A DNA stretch of 64,000 nt, from NCBI GenBank assembly GCA_965205335.1, contig OZ242164.1, forward strand, positions 192,001 to 256,000. The letters are read 5' to 3'. Made by a program: the position numbers and the translations under genes. Each line of letters begins with the position of its first letter. Position 1 is the first letter of the stretch. This document shows, one piece after another, positions 9,958 through 19,871 of the stretch. The notes beneath the pieces are model-generated. The model was not told the origin of the DNA, did no database searches, and worked only from the letters and a program-made list of their open reading frames with translations. The stretch comes from Candidatus Woesearchaeota archaeon (GTDB lineage Archaea; Nanobdellota; Nanobdellia; Woesearchaeales; UBA583).

Positions 9958-11721
9958 TCACTTAACCTTGTGAACAATAACATTCCCGACTTTTAAAACT
10001 TCAACTACTTTTTTATCCCCTATAAATCCAACATCATGATTCTGACCACCCATAGTAGGATAAAATAAAGTCTTATCTAAAACAATATACTTACTCTTTT
10101 CAAACTCAAATTCCTTAATTACATTAAACTCATCTGTATCTCTGTATGTATCTTTATAGAATAAAAGTTCCGTGGAGGGAAGGTCTGAAACAAATTCATA
10201 TAACTTGCTCTTTTTTTCCTTTAAATCTGACTGCTTTCTATTCTCAAAGAACTCATTAACTTTTGCATAAAAATTTGGAAGAACTTTAATCTTTTTTTCT
10301 TTCTTTAAGAATGCCTGAGAAATCTCATCAGGAGTAATCCCCTCTGAAATATAATATTTTATGAAATCATCACTTGTTGGCTCTTTACCCCCTTTGACTA
10401 AAACATTAATTTTATTTTCAACTTTTTGCTTATGCTCCTTATACCTTCTGACTTCATTGTCAATAATCTTTTTAATTCCTTCAAGCTCTAATTCAAGTTC
10501 TGGGTATAAATCTTTAACTTCCTGAGCCTGCATTGAAATGACATCAAATAAATCAATATCCCAATCATACTTATAAATGAATCCAAGGGCTCTTCTTAGA
10601 AGAAGTCTTAAATTGTATCCTCCTTTAACATTTGAAGGAAGAGCCCCATCAGTTAAAGCATAAAGAAGAGTTCTTGAATGATCTGCAACAGAATAAATTC
10701 CTGCAATTGGTTCAATCTGGGACTTCAAATCAGAAACATTAACATTGCCAATTCTCTTTGCTATATTCTCCCAGACTTTATCAATGTCATCAACTTCATC
10801 TAAATTCAGATTTCCTGAATATGGAAGAAACTTATTATACAAATCCCAATCAGGTTTTAAACCTGACTTCTCAAACAGATATTTGCAAACTATCGGCATT
10901 GAGGCTTCGTACTGGTTTAAACTTCCTTTTGAAAACCAACAGCATCTCTCAAGTCCCATCCCCATATCCAAGACTTTAATGTTTAAGGGTTTAATCTCGG
11001 AAATATCTTCTGCATCACTCATATCAAACCACATATAAACCTGATTTCCAAGTTCCAACCCCCTTGAAAAAAATTCCATAGAAGAACCGCAGTCTCCACC
11101 TCCAACCCAAGCGTCCTCATGAATCTGCAATTCATCCTTTGGAATTTTCATAACTTCTGTAAACCACTCAAACAAATCCTTAAAATATTTTGTTTGGTTG
11201 TATTCTTTGGGGTTAGTGAATGCTAATTGTCCAATCATGACAAAATTAGTTCCGTGCCTTCCGCTGTAACCTACATTGTCTATATCAGAAAATCTTATGC
11301 AGTTTTGGGGAATTGTAACTAATTTTGCAGGTGGCTGGGATAATCCCTTTGTAACATACGGCTGGAATCCAATTATTGATGCAATATTAAAATCCAAATC
11401 ATCTCTCCACCTCGCAACAATCGGGAATCTGTCAACATGCGTATATCCTCTTTTTGATAAAAATTTTCTGAATAGTTCATATGTTTGAGCAAACTCCATT
11501 TTCTTCTTTGCAGGAGTATTTCCGATAAATGAATAAGTTCCAACACAAGAAGTATCCCCACACACATCACGTTTAACACTTGCCCAGAACACTGTAGAAC
11601 ACTTTGAGCATTTCTGTCTTGTAAGCCCCAACTCCTCTAAAACCTTGACAGGAAAATATTTCTCAGGACTAGAACTTGCTTTCTTAATTATCTGCTTCTT
11701 TATCTTCTTTTCAATCTTCAT
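9958..11721 (-). CDS. alaS: Alanine--tRNA ligase, aminoacylation half only (archaeal type, split or truncated)
   Basis: ARWRDD, ASIIGFQP, QNCIRFSDIDNVG, GLELGNQVYM, LDMGMGLER, ADHSR, GGYNLR; stops after FYPTMGGQ..HKVK at 587 aa with no editing HxxxH/CxxxH motifs. Confidence 0.92.
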   Translation of the reverse strand: MKIEKKIKKQIIKKASSSPEKYFPVKVLEELGLTRQKCSKCSTVFWASVKRDVCGDTSCVGTYSFIGNTPAKKKMEFAQTYELFRKFLSKRGYTHVDRFPIVARWRDDLDFNIASIIGFQPYVTKGLSQPPAKLVTIPQNCIRFSDIDNVGYSGRHGTNFVMIGQLAFTNPKEYNQTKYFKDLFEWFTEVMKIPKDELQIHEDAWVGGGDCGSSMEFFSRGLELGNQVYMWFDMSDAEDISEIKPLNIKVLDMGMGLERCCWFSKGSLNQYEASMPIVCKYLFEKSGLKPDWDLYNKFLPYSGNLNLDEVDDIDKVWENIAKRIGNVNVSDLKSQIEPIAGIYSVADHSRTLLYALTDGALPSNVKGGYNLRLLLRRALGFIYKYDWDIDLFDVISMQAQEVKDLYPELELELEGIKKIIDNEVRRYKEHKQKVENKINVLVKGGKEPTSDDFIKYYISEGITPDEISQAFLKKEKKIKVLPNFYAKVNEFFENRKQSDLKEKKSKLYEFVSDLPSTELLFYKDTYRDTDEFNVIKEFEFEKSKYIVLDKTLFYPTMGGQNHDVGFIGDKKVVEVLKVGNVIVHKVK

Positions 11722-11883
11722 AACTAAATACTACACAAACATATCTTTTTATAAATATTGTTAATTTAAAGGTTATGTTTTGAATTCCCCCTCGTCTCAA
11801 TTGGAAGAGGAGTAGTAATTCATCCCCACCCTTTAGCAAAACATACACCTCTTCTTCTCATATTATTCAATTCAGATTATATG

Positions 11884-12011
11884 GGCTCTGTCCGAAAATT
11901 GTTTTTTCCAAAATTTATGCTAACTATATTCAATCAAAGAAAAAAAATATTTGTCAAAAATTGCTTTATTTATATAACATTTTAAGTTCTCTTGAATTTT
12001 CGGACAGAGCC
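11884..12011. mobile_element. 128-bp MITE, copy 1 (IS1595-like ends)
   Basis: Perfect 17-bp TIR GGCTCTGTCCGAAAATT; 8-bp TSD ATTATATG at 11876-11883 and 12012-12019; second copy at 46777. Confidence 0.92.
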
Positions 12012-12054
12012 ATTATATGAAAAAATTTATAAGTTATAAGAATAAATCTATTTT

Positions 12055-13482
12055 ATGGTAATTCAAATTGGTTCTAAAAAACAAGAAGTCGTTGTAATTC
12101 CCACATTCAGTGAGAAGGATAAAGTAAAGTTCTTTGATAAAAAGAAAAGAAAAGAACTTGAAAAAGAAATAAAAGAATTTAGATTTAAATCAGAAGACGC
12201 TGAGATACTCTACACCAAAGTAAACAGGAAGAAAATAATCCTTTTGGGATTTAAGAAAAATTACACATTAGAAAACCTTAGAAATAATTACTCAGTATTG
12301 TTTTCATTTCTAAAATCCAAAAAAATAAATGAAGTTTCAATAAACGTTCCAAAAGAAGATACAAATGAAATCAGGGCAGTCATTGATGGAATTGACTTAA
12401 CTGACTACAAATTTGACAAGTACTTAAAAAAAGAAAAAGAAGAAAAAATAAATATATTTCTGGATGTTTCAGACAAGTTCGATTCTCTTCTGAAAAAGAG
12501 TGTGAAAACAAATTCTAACGTCAAACTTGTTCGTGATTTAGTAAACGAAAACTCATCTATTATAACCCCTCAGAAATTAGAATCAATTGTAAAAAAATTT
12601 GTAGCAAAACATAAACTAAAAAGCAGAATACTTGATGAGAAAAAAATACTCAAAGAAAAACTCAATCTTATTTACAATGTCGGAAAAGGCTCTTCCCACC
12701 CACCAAGATTGATAATAGTTGAGTATAAAGGAAACCCGAAATCAAAAGAAAAAACTGCACTTGTCGGAAAGGGCATAACATTTGACAGTGGGGGTTTGAA
12801 CTTAAAACCGACAAACTACATTGAGACTATGAAACTTGATATGGGAGGAGCGGTAACTGTATTTGGAGCATTTAAAACTGCTGTTGAATTAAAGATGAAA
12901 AAGAACTTAGTCTTGGTTATGGGATGTGCTGAAAACGTAGTTGATGCAAACTCATACAGACCAGGAGATGTTATTGAATCCTATTCTAAGAAAACAGTAG
13001 AAATTGCAAACACTGATGCCGAAGGAAGATTAGTTTTAGCTGACTGCTTATCGTACATTCAAAAGCACTACAAACCAACACACATAATTGATTTGGCAAC
13101 TCTTACTGGAGCATGTCTTGTTGCTCTTGGTCCGAGTTTAATTGCCATTATAGGAAATGATTCTCAAATGAACAGAGAGATATTTGAAGCAGGAGAATTA
13201 ACAGGAGATATGGGATGGGAACTTCCTATACATGATGAGCACAGGGAAATGAATAAATCAAAAATTGCAGATATTAGAAATCTCGGAGGAAAATATGCAG
13301 GAACTATCACAGCAGGAGCATTCTTGGAAGCATTTGTTAATGAAAAAGTAAAATGGGTTCACCTTGATATTGCTGGAGCAGCATTTGCTGAAAACCCACA
13401 TTTCCATAAATATAATGGAATTCATGCAACAGGAGTGGGAGTAAGATTATTAGTTGATTACTTGCAGGAGGATATTTTATAA
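12055..13482 (+). CDS. pepA: Leucyl aminopeptidase (M17)
   Basis: VGKGITFDSGG, MKLDMGG, NTDAEGRLVLAD, ATLTGA, HLDIAG. Confidence 0.96.
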   Translation: MVIQIGSKKQEVVVIPTFSEKDKVKFFDKKKRKELEKEIKEFRFKSEDAEILYTKVNRKKIILLGFKKNYTLENLRNNYSVLFSFLKSKKINEVSINVPKEDTNEIRAVIDGIDLTDYKFDKYLKKEKEEKINIFLDVSDKFDSLLKKSVKTNSNVKLVRDLVNENSSIITPQKLESIVKKFVAKHKLKSRILDEKKILKEKLNLIYNVGKGSSHPPRLIIVEYKGNPKSKEKTALVGKGITFDSGGLNLKPTNYIETMKLDMGGAVTVFGAFKTAVELKMKKNLVLVMGCAENVVDANSYRPGDVIESYSKKTVEIANTDAEGRLVLADCLSYIQKHYKPTHIIDLATLTGACLVALGPSLIAIIGNDSQMNREIFEAGELTGDMGWELPIHDEHREMNKSKIADIRNLGGKYAGTITAGAFLEAFVNEKVKWVHLDIAGAAFAENPHFHKYNGIHATGVGVRLLVDYLQEDIL

Positions 13483-13663
13483 CATATTTTATAATTTATA
13501 AATTTACCTCTCTATCATCCGATAAGTTACATATTAAAAATAGCACTTGAATTTGAATCAGAACCGTATGGCTTGGAATAGATGTCTAAAAGTGCAATCA
13601 ATATTCTACAAAACCTCTCATAAAAAATAAAAACTTATAAATAACTCCTCCTATATTTTTGTT

Positions 13664-14344
13664 ATGAATAAAATTCAAGTTGTGGTTCTTGTCGCAGGGG
13701 AAGGAAAACGGCTTCTACCACTTACTAACACCATCCCAAAAGTTTTAGTTGATATTAATGGAAAATCAATACTTGAAAGATGTCTTGATAGTGTATCAGT
13801 TATAGCCTCAGAAATTATTATTATTATTAGTTATCTTGGGCATAAAATAAAAGAAAAAATCGGAAATTCATACAAAGGAGTTTCTATTAAATACGCAAAT
13901 GTTAAGACTAAGGGAACAGGTTATGCTATCTCAGAGATTAAAGACATTTTGAATGAGAGATTTATGGTAATATATGGTGATGATATTTTACGCAAAAGTG
14001 ATTTGGAGAAATCAAAACAGAATGAATTTGGGATAATTGGTGCTCATGTAATTAATCCTTCAAAGTTTGGAATTCTTGATTACGATGAAAATGATTACCT
14101 AACAGATATTGTTGAAAAACCAAAAAATCCTATAGGTAATCTTGCAAATGCAGGAGGATATACTTTAAACAAAAAGATTTTTGAACACAAATTAAAGCCT
14201 TCAATAAGAGGAGAATATGAAATAACCGATTACATTAAATATCTTATAGAAACAGGCGAAAAAATAAAAATAATAAAAACAGATTACTGGTATCCTATTG
14301 GAAACTTTGAAGAACTTAATAGAGCAAGAAGTGAGATTAAATAG
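13664..14344 (+). CDS. Sugar-1-phosphate nucleotidyltransferase (stand-alone NTP_transferase domain)
   Basis: VLVAGEGKRLLPLT..IPK, YGDD, IVEKP, RGEYEITD; no LbH acetyltransferase domain. Confidence 0.88.
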   Translation: MNKIQVVVLVAGEGKRLLPLTNTIPKVLVDINGKSILERCLDSVSVIASEIIIIISYLGHKIKEKIGNSYKGVSIKYANVKTKGTGYAISEIKDILNERFMVIYGDDILRKSDLEKSKQNEFGIIGAHVINPSKFGILDYDENDYLTDIVEKPKNPIGNLANAGGYTLNKKIFEHKLKPSIRGEYEITDYIKYLIETGEKIKIIKTDYWYPIGNFEELNRARSEIK

Positions 14345-14478
14345 AAAATCATATAATTAATCTAAAACTTCTAATTTATTTGGTAGGCAAATTAAAGGCA
14401 TTCTCAAACAATTTATCACTATTTTAGAGTTAATAAAACAAAAAATTTTTAAACTATTATCAATTACATATAAACACT

Positions 14479-15048
14479 ATGAATATAATTAAAAAGATTT
14501 TAGGTACAGCAGTCATTGGAGGAGTTCTTTTAAGTTACAATGGTCAGGTAGAACGAAATCATATTCCAGATCCTATCTGTTCTGAACCATTGCCAGAAAT
14601 AACCGATCAAAATTTTGGAACAGAACTTTATAGAAGAGCCATAAATTGTGATAGAGGACTTATTAAAAGACTAGGTACTTCAAATTTACATTATAATGCA
14701 GAAGAGGTTACCTTTAGAAATAATGGAGTAGTATATTTTGCAAGTATCAGCCAAACAAGTATAATTGTTCACTTTATGCAGAATCCTTTTACATTAGAAG
14801 GATTAAAAGGATATGTGATTGATACAGCACCAAAGGATGCTTATATGAATTCTGGCTATATACCTAATTCTTCAAATGAACTTGATTCAATTTGCGAAGT
14901 AGTTACTTTATATAATAAGCATAATGAGAAACTTTCTTCTTGGGTTTTAGCGATGGAATATACTAAAGAAGAAAAGGAATCTGCTCAAGAAATCTGTCAT
15001 ACTGTTCTAAATGGAATGAGAGATTTTTATAATTCTCACTTGGAATAA
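14479..15048 (+). CDS. Hypothetical secreted protein
   Basis: 189-aa ORF, N-terminal basic+hydrophobic signal, 4 Cys, upstream TATA-like TTTTTAAA. Confidence 0.6.
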   Translation: MNIIKKILGTAVIGGVLLSYNGQVERNHIPDPICSEPLPEITDQNFGTELYRRAINCDRGLIKRLGTSNLHYNAEEVTFRNNGVVYFASISQTSIIVHFMQNPFTLEGLKGYVIDTAPKDAYMNSGYIPNSSNELDSICEVVTLYNKHNEKLSSWVLAMEYTKEEKESAQEICHTVLNGMRDFYNSHLE

Positions 15049-15158
15049 TTTTTATAATCCTTCAATATATTATCCTCAAAGAATGAACATTACCTCCCAA
15101 CTTATCTAACATCTCGAATATTAGCAAAATTTATATACAAGAACAAATTTGAAAGGAT

Positions 15159-16901
15159 ATGTGCGGAATAATTGCAAGAATGTCAAGGGATTTGTGTCCG
15201 ATAAAAACACTTGAAGGATTGAAATTTCTTGAATACAGGGGTTATGATTCATACGGAATTCTCCTGTCAAATGAAAAAGAAGAAAAACTCCAAAAAGACA
15301 TTGGAGAACTACCAAAAGAACAAATTGAAAAACTGAAAAACTTCAAGTCAAACATTGAAATAGGACACACAAGATGGGCAACCCATGGAAGAGTCACAAA
15401 AACGAATGCCCACCCCCACTTTGACAAAGACAAAAAATTCTACGTAGTAATGAATGGAATAATTGAAAATTACCTTGACATTAAAACAAAATTCAAAAAC
15501 AAAATAAACTTCATATCAGAATCAGACACAGAAGTAATCCCCCAATTATACTCATACTTTATCAAAGAGACAAAAGACTCCAAATCAGACTTACTACTTG
15601 TAACAAAAAAAATACTGAAAAAACTAAAAGGAGAATTCTCATTTATTATAAAATACAAAAATATTCTTCTTGCATACAAAAACATCAACCCTATAATAGT
15701 TGGAACAAAGAAAAACGAAATAATAATCTCATCAGACATCGGACTTGTTCAAAACAACTCTCAAAAACACAATATACTAAACGACAACGAAATACTAATA
15801 GCCGCCTTTGAAGAAGGTAAAACTAATTCTTCCCTTCTACATAACTTCAAAAAAATAACACCCAAATGGAGAAAATCAGTAAAATCCATAATGACTGTAA
15901 ACAAAGAACACAAGACATTTATGGAAAAAGAAATATACGAACAAAAATACATTAGAAACCTAATAACAAGTGAAAATCTATCATCTGTAAACTACTTAAA
16001 AAACACAATAAAAAACAAAAAAAACTTAGTCCTTACTGCTGCTGGAACATCATACTACGCTGCATACTATATGCACTATATGCTCCTTGAAGAAGGAATA
16101 AACTCAAATGTAATCCTTGCATCAGAACTAAACAACTATACAAAAGTAATCCAAAATTCAACAATTGTAGTACTCTCTCAGTCAGGCGAAACAGCAGATT
16201 TAATCCATCCACTAAAAGCACTTCGGGATGAAAATGACATCTTCACGATAACAAACACCCCAAGCTCAACACTTGACAGATTCGCATCAAGAAGCATTTA
16301 TCTAAACTGCGGAAGAGAAATTGCAGTTGCGGCAACAAAATCATTCTCATCCCAGATATTTGTAACATACCTTCTAAAACAAAAACTATCAGGAGAAAAA
16401 ATTATAGAAAAACTAAACAAATACGAAAAAGAATTTGACAAAGTCCTTGCAAAAAACAAACCGATAATTAAAGAAATCTGCAAAAGATTCAAAAAATCAA
16501 AAGACTTCTTTTTCATTGGAAGAGGCAAAAACCACCCCCTTGCATTAGAAGGAGCCCTGAAACTAAAAGAAATATCTTACATCCACGCAGAAGGCTTCGC
16601 AGGAGGCGAACTAAAACACGGAACATTAGCCCTAATTGAAAAAGGAGTTCCAGTAGTTGCTCTTGGGGATTCAGAAGACATAATATCTAACGCAATTGAG
16701 ATTAAAACACGTGGAGGGGTCATTATTGGAATATCAAGCAAAAAATCAGCTATTTTTGACTACCATCTGTCCATTCCAAAATACTACGAAGAGATATTTA
16801 TGACCGTTCTAATGCAACAACTCTCATTTGAGATGACCCTTAAACTTGGATACAATCCTGATAAACCAAGAAACCTTGCAAAAAGTGTAACTGTAAAATA
16901 A
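15159..16901 (+). CDS. glmS: Glutamine--fructose-6-phosphate transaminase (isomerizing)
   Basis: MCGII, LEYRGYDS, GHTRWATHG, SQSGETAD, ELKHG, PRNLAKSVTV. Confidence 0.97.
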   Translation: MCGIIARMSRDLCPIKTLEGLKFLEYRGYDSYGILLSNEKEEKLQKDIGELPKEQIEKLKNFKSNIEIGHTRWATHGRVTKTNAHPHFDKDKKFYVVMNGIIENYLDIKTKFKNKINFISESDTEVIPQLYSYFIKETKDSKSDLLLVTKKILKKLKGEFSFIIKYKNILLAYKNINPIIVGTKKNEIIISSDIGLVQNNSQKHNILNDNEILIAAFEEGKTNSSLLHNFKKITPKWRKSVKSIMTVNKEHKTFMEKEIYEQKYIRNLITSENLSSVNYLKNTIKNKKNLVLTAAGTSYYAAYYMHYMLLEEGINSNVILASELNNYTKVIQNSTIVVLSQSGETADLIHPLKALRDENDIFTITNTPSSTLDRFASRSIYLNCGREIAVAATKSFSSQIFVTYLLKQKLSGEKIIEKLNKYEKEFDKVLAKNKPIIKEICKRFKKSKDFFFIGRGKNHPLALEGALKLKEISYIHAEGFAGGELKHGTLALIEKGVPVVALGDSEDIISNAIEIKTRGGVIIGISSKKSAIFDYHLSIPKYYEEIFMTVLMQQLSFEMTLKLGYNPDKPRNLAKSVTVK

Positions 16902-16903
16902 AT

Positions 16904-17236
16904 ATGGAAATCAAAACAAAAAACATAAAATCAACTGGAATAAAAGTAATATGCGAAATAGACAAAAAAGAAGTTGGAAGAGCATACTTATACATTATGA
17001 AAAACGACTTGCACAAAAGACCCTTTGGATATTTAGAAGATTTATTTGTTGAAAAAGAATTCAGAGGACAAGGAATCTCCAAAAAAATCCTAAACAAAAC
17101 ATTTGAACTATCAAAAGAGAATAACTGCTACAAATTAGTATGCGCATCAAGATATAGAAAAGAAGAACTTCACAAATATTATGAAAGTTTAGGATTTAAA
17201 ATAACAGGTAAATCATTTAGAATGAACTTTGACTAA
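16904..17236 (+). CDS. GNAT acetyltransferase, GNA1 (glucosamine-6-P N-acetyltransferase)-like
   Basis: GYLEDLFV..EFRGQGI, NCYKL, YYESLGF; starts 2 nt after the glmS stop. Confidence 0.8.
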   Translation: MEIKTKNIKSTGIKVICEIDKKEVGRAYLYIMKNDLHKRPFGYLEDLFVEKEFRGQGISKKILNKTFELSKENNCYKLVCASRYRKEELHKYYESLGFKITGKSFRMNFD

Positions 17237-17316
17237 ACATATTCTTCAAACTTTTTTGTTTCTAATTATTAAGTAGCAAGTAAATAATATAAAACCATTT
17301 TAACCCTCCATTTTTA

Positions 17317-18573
17317 ATGAAAATATTAATGCTTGGTTGGGAATTTCCACCATTTTTTGCAGGAGGAGTAGGAATAGTTTGCTATGAACTAACAAAAGCA
17401 TTATGTGAATTTGATGATTTGGAAATTGAATACGTTATGGCTTATGGAATTGAAAACCAAAGTATCTCTGATAAAATCAAATTAACATCTGCTAATGAGT
17501 TAGGAGCAGGACAAGAGAACTTAAAAATCAATAAAATCAAGACTCTTCTCTATTCATACGATAACAATGAATATTACAAGCAAAGATACAAAAGAATCCT
17601 TGAAGATAAAAAAAATACAAACAGCAATAAATCCCTAAAAGAAATCTATGGGAAAAACTTACTCTATGAAGTTTACTTATACTCTCAACGAATTGCAGAC
17701 AATTACAAAGATGGAGAGTTTGACATAATCCATGCTCATGACTGGACAACAGTCCCTGCGGCTCTTCTTCTTAAAAAACTAACAAAAAAACCTGTTGTAT
17801 TTCATGTTCACATAACAGAATTAGATAAAACAGGAGGAATGGGAGGATGGGAAGAAGTTTTCAAAATTGAAAGATTAGGATTTGAGCAAGTTGACATTTT
17901 AATTGCAGTTTCAAACTTTGTTAAAAACAGGCTAATAAATGATTACAAAGTAGACCCTAACAAAATCAGAGTCATTCACAACGGAGGGATTTCAGACTTA
18001 AAGCCAAGCCTTACCTCAAATAATAATTTACTCCCGAACTCAAAAGTAGTTTTATTTGCAGGAAGAATGACTCTTCAAAAAGGCCCAAGACACTTTCTAA
18101 TTACAGCAAAAAAAGTCCTTGAATACAACCCAGATGTTTCATTTGTTATGATTGGGAGTGGGGACATGCTCTCAGAAGTAATTGAATTTGCAGTTGAATT
18201 GGGAATTTCCAAAAATGTATTCTTCCACGGACAATACAACCGTGATGAAGCAAACCAGTTCTTTGAAAGAGCAGATGTGTTTGTTATGCCATCAATATCT
18301 GAACCATTTGGCATAGTTTCAATTGAAGCTATATCCAAAGGAACTCCCTCAATCATCTCAAAACAATCGGGAATATCAGAAGTATTGCAAAATGTATTCA
18401 AAGTTGATTTCTGGGACTGCGATGAAATGGCTCACAAAATCCTCGCTTTACTGCAATATCCAACACTCCACTCACACATGAGAAATGCGGCATTTTCTGA
18501 AATTGACAAATTCAGTTGGAACAAACCAGCAAAAAAATGCTATAACTTGTATAAAGAACTAAACAAAAATTAA
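17317..18573 (+). CDS. GT4 glycosyltransferase (glycogen-cluster type)
   Basis: MLGWEFPP..GG, HAHDW, GRMTLQKG, MPSISEPFG. Confidence 0.9.
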   Translation: MKILMLGWEFPPFFAGGVGIVCYELTKALCEFDDLEIEYVMAYGIENQSISDKIKLTSANELGAGQENLKINKIKTLLYSYDNNEYYKQRYKRILEDKKNTNSNKSLKEIYGKNLLYEVYLYSQRIADNYKDGEFDIIHAHDWTTVPAALLLKKLTKKPVVFHVHITELDKTGGMGGWEEVFKIERLGFEQVDILIAVSNFVKNRLINDYKVDPNKIRVIHNGGISDLKPSLTSNNNLLPNSKVVLFAGRMTLQKGPRHFLITAKKVLEYNPDVSFVMIGSGDMLSEVIEFAVELGISKNVFFHGQYNRDEANQFFERADVFVMPSISEPFGIVSIEAISKGTPSIISKQSGISEVLQNVFKVDFWDCDEMAHKILALLQYPTLHSHMRNAAFSEIDKFSWNKPAKKCYNLYKELNKN

Positions 18574-18635
18574 AAGTCTAGTATTTACTCTCAGTGAAAA
18601 TTCAACTATAAATAACAAAGAGCATTCCCTTTTAT

Positions 18636-19871
18636 ATGGTCGCAGTATGCTTCTACTTTCAGGTTCATCAACCCTTTAGAATAAAGCCATATAAAATATT
18701 TGACATAGGACATGATAGCAAGTATTTTGACAAACAAAAAAACATAGAAATAATGGATAAAGTAGCAAACAAGTGTTATCTCCCTATGAATTACCTGCTT
18801 CTTGAACTAATAAACAAACACAAAGGAAAATTTAAAGTTGCATTCTCAATCTCAGGAGTTGCAATAGAACAAATGGAAAAATATGCTCCCCATGTTCTTG
18901 AGTCATTCAAAAAATTATCCCGAAGCGGATGCGTTGAATTTCTCTCTGAAACATATCATCACTCCCTTAGTTTCTTGTACTCAAAAGAAGAATTTAAAGA
19001 ACAAATTAAAATACATAACAAAAAAATAAAAGAACATTTTAACGTCAAGCCTAAAATTTTCAGAAACACTGAATTAGCTTATTCAAACGAACTAGGCAAT
19101 TTCATTGAGAACATGGGATACAAAGGAGTTTTAGCCGAGGGCTGGGATCCCATTCTTGGATACAGGTCAGCAAACTATCTATACAAGCCAAAAAACTCAA
19201 AAAAAAAAATTTCTTTATTTCTAAAAAACTACAAACTATCAGATGACATAGCATTTAGATTCTCAAACAAAGCATGGGAACAATGGCCTCTTACAACCGA
19301 GAAATTTTCCCATTGGATTAACCGAGCAAATGGAAATGGAGAGATAATAAATCTATTTATGGACTACGAAACATTTGGAGAACACCAATGGGAAGATACA
19401 GGAATTTTTGAATTTATGAAACAACTCCCTCAAGAAATTCTTAAAAACCCCCACAACTCATTTGTAACACCATCAGAAGCAATCAAAAGATTTGAAAAAA
19501 GAGATGAAATAGACATTCCTCATATACTAACATGGGCGGATACTGAAAGAGACTTATCAGCATGGCTTGGAAACAATTTGCAAAACGAAGCCAGTTATGA
19601 AATATTCAAAATGGAAAAAGATGTAAAAGAACTCAAAGACAAAGAAATACTTGAAAAATGGAGAAAACTTACAACATCAGATCATTTCTATTATATGAGC
19701 ACTAAATACTCAGAAGATGGAGACGTTCACAAATATTTCTCAGCATACGACTCACCATATGATGCATACGTGTATTTCATGAACATAATGCGTGACTTGA
19801 AAATGAGAGTTGCTCAATTAAAAGAAAAAAAAAGGGAACTAAAAACCAATAAAGTAAGCAATATTTCTTAA
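18636..19871 (+). CDS. GH57 alpha-amylase family
   Basis: FQVHQP, ETYHHSL, FRNTEL, LSDDIAFRF, DYETFGEH, SDHFYYM. Confidence 0.93.
   Translation: MVAVCFYFQVHQPFRIKPYKIFDIGHDSKYFDKQKNIEIMDKVANKCYLPMNYLLLELINKHKGKFKVAFSISGVAIEQMEKYAPHVLESFKKLSRSGCVEFLSETYHHSLSFLYSKEEFKEQIKIHNKKIKEHFNVKPKIFRNTELAYSNELGNFIENMGYKGVLAEGWDPILGYRSANYLYKPKNSKKKISLFLKNYKLSDDIAFRFSNKAWEQWPLTTEKFSHWINRANGNGEIINLFMDYETFGEHQWEDTGIFEFMKQLPQEILKNPHNSFVTPSEAIKRFEKRDEIDIPHILTWADTERDLSAWLGNNLQNEASYEIFKMEKDVKELKDKEILEKWRKLTTSDHFYYMSTKYSEDGDVHKYFSAYDSPYDAYVYFMNIMRDLKMRVAQLKEKKRELKTNKVSNIS

Noticed and set aside
11730-11862. GC-richer patch and 42-codon ORF upstream of alaS
   Set aside because: No recognisable family or convincing fold, and it runs through the alaS promoter
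13516-13623. dif-like ATCCGATAAGTTACATATTAAAAAT and a possible gene remnant
   Set aside because: Only one arm resembles a Xer site; the remnant is too short to assign
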